From positions 74,990-138,989 of the forward strand of contig CAYRZH010000001.1 in NCBI GenBank assembly GCA_964428845.1: a DNA stretch of 64,000 nucleotides. Reading direction: 5' to 3'. A program made the translations under genes and the position numbers. Below, piece by piece: positions 1 to 6,416 of this stretch; positions within the stretch are counted from its first letter, which is position 1; the number at the start of each line of letters is the position of its first letter. A model generated the notes under the pieces. It saw only the letters and a program-made list of their open reading frames with translations. It made no database searches and was not told the origin of the DNA. The DNA is from an uncultured Candidatus Saccharibacteria bacterium (lineage in GTDB: Bacteria; Patescibacteriota; Minisyncoccia; Phycocordibacterales; DATGWK01).

Positions 1-182
1 ATATCTTTCATGAGAAATGGGTTGTGAGTATCGCGGATGTAGTCAGGATTTAGGAATTTCTGGGCAATTTCTCGACTAGTAATACCTCGCGCGGCAAGAA
101 GTTCCTGGAGAAGCTCCGGATACTCGGCAAGCTCTTCGCTTTTCGGTGTGGCAGGAGCAGTCCGGAGAGCATAATTTTCCAT
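1..182 (-). CDS. recJ: ssDNA exonuclease RecJ, N-terminal part (runs off window start)
   Basis: Manual translation from ATG at 182: MENYALR...LLQELLAARGITSREIAQKFLNPDYIRDTHNPFLMKD, matching the RecJ N-terminal LxxRGI...FLxP...PFLMKDM pattern. Confidence 0.85.
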   Translation of the reverse strand, partial: MENYALRTAPATPKSEELAEYPELLQELLAARGITSREIAQKFLNPDYIRDTHNPFLMKD

Positions 183-293
183 CCTAGAATTATACAGTAT
201 GGAGATAAAGATTTTATAAAGAAAAAACCGTCTGGATATAAAAATTAATTTTTTATTGAAAGAATATTTAACAATCTTCTATACTATCGGCCT

Positions 294-689
294 ATGAACA
301 AGGATTTTGATGGATGGAGTACAAAAAAGAAAAATATTGATAAATGTAACCGCCAGACTCTCTTCAACGAAAGAGAGATTTGGTGGTGTTCTTTAGGAGT
401 TAATATAGGATTTGAACAAAATGGAGTTAACGAACTCTTTGAGAGACCTGTTCTTATTTTGAAAAAATTTAACAAGGACACACTTTGGGTGTTACCGATT
501 ACTAGATCAGCCAAAATTGGTCCATATTATTACCAGATCAGATTTCTAAATTTCCCATCGTCCATTATTCTTTCTCAAATAAGGCTCATAAGTAGCAAGC
601 GCTTGCTTCGCAGAATGAAGAAAATTAATGAGAAGGAATTTTTTGAGATAGTGAAAATGGTGAAAAATTTTCTTCCCCAAGGAGACTGA
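294..689 (+). CDS. PemK/MazF-family endoribonuclease toxin (no adjacent protein antitoxin)
   Basis: EREIWWCSLGVNIGFEQNG...RPVLILKKF...ILSQIRLISSKRL pattern; paralogue at 25015-25434. Confidence 0.8.
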   Translation: MNKDFDGWSTKKKNIDKCNRQTLFNEREIWWCSLGVNIGFEQNGVNELFERPVLILKKFNKDTLWVLPITRSAKIGPYYYQIRFLNFPSSIILSQIRLISSKRLLRRMKKINEKEFFEIVKMVKNFLPQGD

Positions 690-693
690 TTAC

Positions 694-750
694 CAAATCG
701 AAACCCCGCTTGTGAGCGGGGTTTCTCGGGTGCCAAAGTGGCAATTTACA
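694..750 (-). ncRNA. Putative small RNA convergent on the pemK 3' end
   Basis: Downstream of a minus-strand promoter; GTAAAT, hairpin TGCCA-CTT-TGGCA (731-743), perfect 11-bp stem GAAACCCCGCT/AGCGGGGTTTC (700-725). Confidence 0.55.
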
Positions 751-756
751 ATCCGT

Positions 757-786
757 ATTATATTCCTTAGGGCAGGCAGAAGTCAA
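757..786 (-). promoter_or_regulatory. Sigma70-type promoter antisense to pemK
   Basis: TTGACT (786-781), 18 nt, TATAAT (762-757). Confidence 0.65.
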
Positions 787-803
787 GCATTTCTAGATTT
801 TTC

Positions 804-880
804 TTGATTTGTTTTGGAAAATGACTATATTTAGACACATACACGCCCCAGCCAGCCGCAAGGCCCGCTGGGGTTTTGTG
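804..880 (+). ncRNA. Putative promoter plus ~45-nt hairpin RNA or terminator upstream of the HIT gene
   Basis: TTGATT-16-TATATT (804-831), then GCCCCAGC-CA-GCC-GCAA-GGC-CC-GCTGGGGT-TTTG (GNRA loop, short U tract). Confidence 0.35.
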
Positions 881-906
881 TTGTTTATTGATAAAATGTA
901 TCCCAA

Positions 907-1302
907 ATGGGAAAGAAAGATACTAGTGACTGCATCTTTTGCAAAATAGTGCGCGGTGAAATCCCTTCCCATAAAGTCTACGAGAATGAGAATTTTTTGG
1001 CTTTTTTGGATATAAATCCGCGCTCCCCTGGCCACACTCTCTTGATACCAAAAAAACACCTTCGCTGGGTTTGGGATATTGAAGCGGATCGGTCTGTTTC
1101 GCCCAACATAGCAGAATATTTCGAATTGGCTCACAAGATCGCCAACGCACAACGCCGTGCTTTCGGAACAGAGATGATCCTTTCTAGGATTACAGGCGAG
1201 GAGGTAGCCCACGCTCACACATGGATATTTCCAGACTTAAAACTCGAGGGTGATAAAAAAGATTTTGCGGGGAACTTGGAGAAGATTAAGAGGTTTTTGT
1301 AG
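907..1302 (+). CDS. HIT family nucleotide hydrolase
   Basis: DCIFCKIVRGEIPSHKVYE, FLDINPRSPGHTLLIPKKH, variant triad VAHAHTW. Confidence 0.9.
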   Translation: MGKKDTSDCIFCKIVRGEIPSHKVYENENFLAFLDINPRSPGHTLLIPKKHLRWVWDIEADRSVSPNIAEYFELAHKIANAQRRAFGTEMILSRITGEEVAHAHTWIFPDLKLEGDKKDFAGNLEKIKRFL

Positions 1303-1351
1303 AAAATATATAAAACGCACATCCCAGCTAAAGCTGGAGGTTTATGGTATT

Positions 1352-1385
1352 AAAAAAGAGGCCACCCACTTGCGTAGATGGCCCC
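1352..1385 (-). terminator. Intrinsic terminator of the DGR target gene
   Basis: GGGGCCATCTAC-GCAA-GTGGGTGGCCTC followed by T6; G-U pairs favour the minus strand. Confidence 0.75.
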
Positions 1386-1444
1386 GAAATTCGCGAATTC
1401 AAGAATCAATTTTTCAAAAGATTCAAGAATTCAATGTGCAAGGA

Positions 1445-2257
1445 TCATTGCTTCCGAGCAGACGCCACACCAAGGTAGCCGACGCGGTCGCTGCCCCAGC
1501 CGTCGTTGACGACGAGCCCGCCCTGGCCGAAGCGGCCGACACAGACACGGCAGCCGAACGAGTCGAGACTGGATGTCCGAACGTAGATGTCTTCGAAGAG
1601 CCGGATACCACGAACTTCGAAGTAGGTCGTGATAAACCAGCTCATCTCGGCGGCATTCGGCACCTTCTCGAGTGCAGAGAGAAGCTTGCCCTGCTCGTTC
1701 CAGGTTTTGCTGGTCGAGTTCGAAACAACCGTCTTTTTGACCATGAGCCACCCGAAGGACGTCCTGTCCTCGCGAGCGAATTTCTGATCGGCATACCACC
1801 CACCCGTCTTCGAGTAGAAGTGGGCGGACTGGATCTCCCGAACCTCGAGCGTGGACATCGCTTTGGGCGGCGCAGGCATGATGGCGTAACCGTTGTCCTT
1901 GCACCATCTGAGCACATCTTCCGATGGCAGACTTCCGGCAAGTGCCGTGATCTGCTCATCGGTGTAAACGAGTGCTCCGCGAGCCTTGGTGACTTCCTCC
2001 GGCGTGATGAAATCCGCCCCGAGGATTGACTGCACCACACCGTAGTCGGGTGCTTTTGCCGAGAAGCGACGGATGCCTTCTGCGAGGTACGCAGCAAAGC
2101 CGCGATGCTCGTTCAGGATCTGTGCGCCTTTTTCGGTGAGTCTGGCCTTGTTGTATTGGGCGCGGAACAGTTGGACAGCCGTTTGTCCTTTGCGACTGTC
2201 TGCGGTTACCAATGCAGACGTGTTCAATGTTTTCGTTTTCATCGACATCATCTCCAT
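1445..2257 (-). CDS. DGR target (variable) protein with C-terminal VR, probably C-type-lectin-like fold
   Basis: Last ~40 codons match TR with adenine-only differences; ends ...GYLGVASARKQ; no signal peptide or TM seen; true start may be ATG at 2242 after GGAG. Confidence 0.9.
   Translation of the reverse strand: MEMMSMKTKTLNTSALVTADSRKGQTAVQLFRAQYNKARLTEKGAQILNEHRGFAAYLAEGIRRFSAKAPDYGVVQSILGADFITPEEVTKARGALVYTDEQITALAGSLPSEDVLRWCKDNGYAIMPAPPKAMSTLEVREIQSAHFYSKTGGWYADQKFAREDRTSFGWLMVKKTVVSNSTSKTWNEQGKLLSALEKVPNAAEMSWFITTYFEVRGIRLFEDIYVRTSSLDSFGCRVCVGRFGQGGLVVNDGWGSDRVGYLGVASARKQ
1454..1567 (-). repeat. DGR variable region (VR)
   Basis: 114-nt copy of TR with 22 mismatches, all at TR adenines (15 A>G, 6 A>T, 1 A>C). 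Confidence 0.97.
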
Positions 2258-2297
2258 TTACTGATTTTCCGCAAACGTGCGGACACGACTGCCTCGG

Positions 2298-2349
2298 AAT
2301 GAGACGAGTTTTCTAGGGCCAGCTTAAGCCTCAAAAAACTCGTCTCATT
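2298..2349. repeat. 15-bp perfect inverted repeat in the target 5' leader
   Basis: AATGAGACGAGTTTT (2298-2312) / AAAACTCGTCTCATT (2335-2349), 22-nt spacer. Confidence 0.85.
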
Positions 2350-2380
2350 TCAATAATCCTATTTCAAAGAATCTGTTTAC

Positions 2381-2409
2381 ATTGTATCAAACTATGGCCA
2401 GTTTGTCAA
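2381..2409 (-). promoter_or_regulatory. Near-consensus promoter of the DGR target
   Basis: TTGACA (2409-2404), 17 nt, TACAAT (2386-2381) with extended TG. Confidence 0.8.
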
Positions 2410-2696
2410 TCCAAAAGAACGGCTCTAATGCTATACAATATAGCTATCTTGCTAATGAAGGCTAGGCCACGGTTTAGCCTCGCGAGATGCCTCATCTTTG
2501 AGATATCGTCAGAATGCCAGAGGTTTAAGGATCTTGGTAGAGTACGATCAAAGGTAGGGATTGAACTTCTTGCTCGCTTTTAAAGGAGATCTTTTATAAA
2601 AAGTGCTCTTAAATAAAATTCAGAAGTAAAAGGATATAGATTCTCTTGGAATAGTAAACCTTGAACTTCGGTGTCATGGACAAAGGCGAGCAACAT

Positions 2697-2810
2697 CTCG
2701 ACTCGAACGGCAACCGTGTCTATGTCGGCAACTTCGACCAGAACGGGCTCAACGTCAACAACAACTGGGACAACAACCGCAACGACAACCTTGGTGTGGC
2801 GTCTGCTCGG
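2697..2810 (+). repeat. DGR template region (TR)
   Basis: AAC-rich (12 AAC codons, 30 adenines), collinear with VR without indels. Confidence 0.97.
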
Positions 2811-2830
2811 CAGTCATCCTCCTTACCATA

Positions 2831-2860
2831 AGAAATTCTCATCATCCGATGGGAATTTCT
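2831..2860. terminator. Hairpin between convergent TR and avd
   Basis: AGAAATTCTCATC-ATCC-GATGGGAATTTCT, 13-bp stem with one G-U on the plus strand, abutting the avd stop. Confidence 0.55.
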
Positions 2861-3211
2861 TTATATGTTTTTTGAAGACCTTAGCCAACCCCCAAGCATT
2901 CTTCCGATTTCATCTACTCCCTCCTCAAAAACGATGTATCTCTTAGTATCAATTGCTCTTGTGTCCTTAGCAAGACGAATGAAGACCCTTAGAAGATTGA
3001 GTTTAAGACTAACCCTCTCTAGAACTTGCACTTTCGATAAACCCTTAGTTTGACTCGCCTGAAGTAGTCCCTCTATCACATCAAGCATATAGTTTTCACA
3101 TCGAATCCATACGGTATATCGGTCTTGTTTTGGAACAGAAACTCTAAATTCACAGAAGTTTTTATAGATTGTGTAGGATTTGTTAAATATCGGGATATCA
3201 AAATCATTCAT
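2861..3211 (-). CDS. avd: DGR accessory variability determinant (Avd, four-helix bundle)
   Basis: 116 aa, basic; PKQDRY...LRVFIRLAKD...DEIGRMLGGWLRS signature; lies between TR and RT. Confidence 0.92.
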   Translation of the reverse strand: MNDFDIPIFNKSYTIYKNFCEFRVSVPKQDRYTVWIRCENYMLDVIEGLLQASQTKGLSKVQVLERVSLKLNLLRVFIRLAKDTRAIDTKRYIVFEEGVDEIGRMLGGWLRSSKNI

Positions 3212-3214
3212 ATT

Positions 3215-4287
3215 ATGAAATTATTTAATAAAACTTTTGAACAGATAACTTCTTCAGATAATCTTTTCTCAGCATGGGAGATATTTAAGGAAGATAAGAA
3301 GAACAAACCTGATGTCGCGAACTTTGGAAAAAAGATTGAAGAGAATATTTTTGAGATGCAACGCGAACTTAGAAACAAAACTTACAAACATAGTGTTTAT
3401 AGTGGTTTTTATGTTTACGATCCAAAGAGAAGACACATCCACAAGGCCACTGTTCGCGACAGAGTCCTGCATCATGCTATTTTTAGAGTTCTTAATCCTA
3501 TATTCGAGCCTACCTTCATTGCCCATTCCTTCTCCTGCAGGGTCGATAAAGGAACTCACAAAGGAGTAGAGATTCTCTCTGGCATGCTTAGAAAGGTTAG
3601 CAAAAATCTCACGAAATCTTGTTGGGCACTTAAATGTGACGTGAAGAAATTTTTTGACACCATTGATCACCAAATTCTTATAGAAATTCTGGAAAGAAGA
3701 ATAAAGGATCCGGATTGCTTGTGGCTTCTTGAAGAAATTATTGGGAGCTATGATACTGGAGCCGAGTTTATGAGAGAGAGAGAGAGAGTTTGGCGCTTCG
3801 CGCCAACAAGAAAGGGGTGCCTATTGGGAACCTCACTTCCCAACTCTTTGCCAATGTTTACATGAATGAATTTGATCAGTTTATTAAACATACATTAAAA
3901 ATAAAATATTATGCGAGATATACTGATGATTTTGTAATTGTCTCCGATAGTCGTGAATATCTGAACGGCTTGATCACCTCTATCAATAATTTTTTCGAAA
4001 CCAATCTAAAACTCAAGCTACACCCCGGGAAAATAGACATTCGAAAATATAAGAATGGTATTGATTTTCTAGGATACGTTATCTTGCCTCATTACAAAGT
4101 AATGCGAAAACGGACACGAAAAAGAATACTACGAAAATTTAAAACAAAAGTCCATGACTACCGACAAGGAAAAATTTCAGGAGAAAGTCTAAATCAGTCT
4201 CTACAATCCTACTTAGGCTCTTTATCACATGCAAACGAACACAAATTTAGTGAGTATTTAAAAAATCAATCTTGGTTTATTGATTAA
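3215..4287 (+). pseudogene. DGR reverse transcriptase, split by a frameshift at a GA microsatellite (possibly phase variable)
   Basis: N-half (ATG 3215): KRRHIHKATVRDRVLHHA, SFSCRVDKGTH, LKCDVKKFFDTIDH; C-half in another frame: GVPIGNLTSQLFANVYMNEFD, YARYTDD, GIDFLGY; deleting 2 nt gives a 356-aa ORF. Confidence 0.93.
3772..3788 (+). repeat. (GA)8G simple sequence repeat at the RT frameshift
   Basis: TTTAT-GAGAGAGAGAGAGAGAG-TTTGGCG; the longest dinucleotide run I noticed in the window. Confidence 0.95.
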
Positions 4288-4288
4288 A

Positions 4289-5416
4289 TTAGGTGAGCGA
4301 CTTAGAAAGTGCCTCCACTCCCGGCAATGTCTCATTCACCAAAAAGTCGAGCATCGCCCCTCCCGCAGTAGAGAGGAAGGTAAACTTATCTTCGAGCTCG
4401 AGGGACTTGATCGAGGCAGTAGTATCTCCCCCACCGACAATCGATTCCACATTTGATTCGGCGATTATTTTTGCTAGATTTTCGGTACTTTCGCGGAAAC
4501 CGATCTCGTAGTTACCTAGAGGGCCGTTCCACAGTACAAAGCGCGAAACGTCCACGAGTTCTCTAAGTTGAGTAACCGTAGCTGGGCCGACGTCCCAGAT
4601 AGAGTCTGTCGTTTCAACTTGGTCCGGCAACTTCACGAGTCTACCAATATCATTTTGGACAACAACATCGACAGGAAGGATGACTTTGCCACTTTCGAGA
4701 AGTTCCTTTAAATGGAAATCTCCTTCAGAAACCACCGAGCGGCCGACTTCAAACCCTTTTTCTCGGAAAAAGTTATTGGCTAGAGCTCCGCCGACAAAGA
4801 TATAGTTGGCAAGCTTCAGGAACTTGTCGATTGCTGGTATTTTGGTGTCGAACTTCGCACCACCCAGGATAAAAAGAAAGGGTTTTGCTGGACTAAATGC
4901 TCGAGAGAGATTTTCGATTTCCTTTTTAAAAAGAAAGCCGGCAAATCCAGGTATTAGTTTTGGTATTCCAACGATGGAGGCATGTTTTCTGTGAGAAGCA
5001 GAGAAAGCTTCGTTGACGTAGATATCACCGTACGAAGCAAGAGTTTTTGCAAAACCCTCATCGTTATCTTTTTCACCAGGATTCCTACGTAAATTTTCGA
5101 GAAGAATAATCTCGCCGTCTCCAATATCGGTGAGGGCTTGATCGAGCTCGGAAGATGGGTATTCACTGACAAATTTCAAAGGGAAAAAATTTTGCAGATA
5201 GATAGAGATTGGCTCGAGCGAATCCCCACCCTTCCCCTCTAGGTGACTGATGATAATTGTCTTCGCTCCAGCATTTCTCAGAAACTCAATCGTCGGAAGT
5301 GACTGCACGATACGAAAATCGTCGTCGATCTTGCCATCGATAATGGGCACGTTTAGGTCGAGTCTTAGTAAGATACGTTTTCCCTTAAGATTTCCGGCTT
5401 CGTTGATAGTTTTCAT
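4289..5416 (-). CDS. pgk: Phosphoglycerate kinase
   Basis: RLDLNVP, LLENLR, GGAKFDTK, WNGPLG, GGGDT, STAGGA motifs. Confidence 0.97.
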   Translation of the reverse strand: MKTINEAGNLKGKRILLRLDLNVPIIDGKIDDDFRIVQSLPTIEFLRNAGAKTIIISHLEGKGGDSLEPISIYLQNFFPLKFVSEYPSSELDQALTDIGDGEIILLENLRRNPGEKDNDEGFAKTLASYGDIYVNEAFSASHRKHASIVGIPKLIPGFAGFLFKKEIENLSRAFSPAKPFLFILGGAKFDTKIPAIDKFLKLANYIFVGGALANNFFREKGFEVGRSVVSEGDFHLKELLESGKVILPVDVVVQNDIGRLVKLPDQVETTDSIWDVGPATVTQLRELVDVSRFVLWNGPLGNYEIGFRESTENLAKIIAESNVESIVGGGDTTASIKSLELEDKFTFLSTAGGAMLDFLVNETLPGVEALSKSLT

Positions 5417-5431
5417 AGTTATAGATCTGAA

Positions 5432-5615
5432 GGCTTTCAGAGCGTATGTTTTAGAGAGTCCGCAGGAAGATTTGCATGGTCTGTCAAGTTGGCCAGATAT
5501 CTAGGTTGGATTTCTTGCATAGTTACCTGGCCAACTTTACAGAAATCTTCCGAGGATGAGGAAAATCTCCAGCTGGGGAGATTTTCCGCTCTCTAAAACA
5601 TACGCTCTGAAAGCC
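5432..5615. repeat. Intergenic fold-back element (family member 1)
   Basis: 27-bp perfect terminal inverted repeat (5432-5458/5589-5615) enclosing nested hairpins. Confidence 0.85.
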
Positions 5616-5618
5616 GTT

Positions 5619-6398
5619 TTACTCATAATCCTTAACCGAATCCACAATCCTCAAGATGTCACCGAAACTTTTGGGGCTTAAGCTCTCGCGCCCCACCAAG
5701 AGACCATTCACATGCCCATCTCGTATAATGTTTTCGGCATTAAAAGAACTCACCGATCCACCATAGAGTATTGGCACTTCCGGGGCTGTCGACATGTCAT
5801 AGATTTCCCCCAAAATTTTTCTTATATAAATCACCATTTCATAAATATCTGAACCTTTCATCACATACCTGTCACTTTTCCCGATTTCCCATATCGGCTC
5901 ATAAGCTATGGTGAGATTGGAAAGATACCTTTTCTGAACTTTGGCCAGACCTTTAATGATTTCCTGTCTTATGACTTCCAGGTATGCGCCGTCTTCATCA
6001 CGAGTTTCTTCGCCGATACAGAAAATCACCTTGAGGTCTTCGTGAAATGCCGCGATGATTTTTCTGTTTACTGCTTCGTCGCTATCTCCAAGGGCACGCC
6101 GCTCGGAGTGACCGATAATGACATGCGTTGCCGCGAGATTTCGAAGCATGACAGGGCTCGTCTCGCCTGTATACGCTCCGGAAAACTTGTCGAATACGTC
6201 TTGAGCTCCCACCTCTACCCTGGGAGCCACATTTTTAGCAAGAATTGGCAAATATACAAAAGGAACACATACTACTGCGTCAGTGTTTTGAAGATTTTTG
6301 ACCGATCGTTTGATCCCAGAAAAGATACTCCGTGCTTCCTCTAGGCTGTCTGGGTTCATCTTCCAGTTCCCTACCACTTTGTGTCTTGATTTTTTCAC
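5619..6398 (-). CDS. tpiA: Triosephosphate isomerase
   Basis: GNWKMN, GAYTGE, IIGHSERR, AYEPIW, LYGGSV. Confidence 0.96.
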   Translation of the reverse strand: MKKSRHKVVGNWKMNPDSLEEARSIFSGIKRSVKNLQNTDAVVCVPFVYLPILAKNVAPRVEVGAQDVFDKFSGAYTGETSPVMLRNLAATHVIIGHSERRALGDSDEAVNRKIIAAFHEDLKVIFCIGEETRDEDGAYLEVIRQEIIKGLAKVQKRYLSNLTIAYEPIWEIGKSDRYVMKGSDIYEMVIYIRKILGEIYDMSTAPEVPILYGGSVSSFNAENIIRDGHVNGLLVGRESLSPKSFGDILRIVDSVKDYE

Positions 6399-6416
6399 AC
6401 GGTAATTTTAACACAA

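Larger units (their letters stand above)
2446..2860 (+). ncRNA. Putative DGR template RNA (structured leader + TR + 3' hairpin)
   Basis: TACAAT at 2434-2439; hairpin AGGCTAGGC-CACG-GTTTAGCCT; long-range pairing 2570-2581 with 2682-2693 closing just before TR; hairpin 2831-2860. Confidence 0.6.
1445..4287. mobile_element. Diversity-generating retroelement (target/VR, TR, avd, RT)
   Basis: All four canonical DGR components within 2.9 kb between the HIT gene and pgk. Confidence 0.95.

Noticed and set aside
1250-2302. Overlapping ORFs 1250-2029(+), 1431-1907(-), 1642-2097(-) and others
   Set aside because: Shadow frames of the GC-rich target gene; only 1445-2257 places TR adenines at codon positions 1-2.
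2671-2946. 91-aa Thr-rich ORF over TR, and the AAC runs as a microsatellite
   Set aside because: This is an off-frame translation of TR; the AAC richness is the DGR template signature.
3125-3214. TTG-initiated N-terminal extension of RT
   Set aside because: It overlaps avd antisense; ATG 3215 (MKLFNKTFEQI) fits a DGR RT start better, though the start is not proven.
3215-4287. RT as a group II intron, retron or CRISPR-associated RT
   Set aside because: Short RT with GNLTSQ and YTDD, no maturase/endonuclease domain, adjacent avd and an adenine-specific TR/VR pair identify it as DGR-type.
5619-6398. TpiA motif deviations (WEIG, VGRESL) as a sign of inactivation
   Set aside because: Catalytic Lys, His and Glu are intact and the gene is next to pgk; most likely lineage variation.
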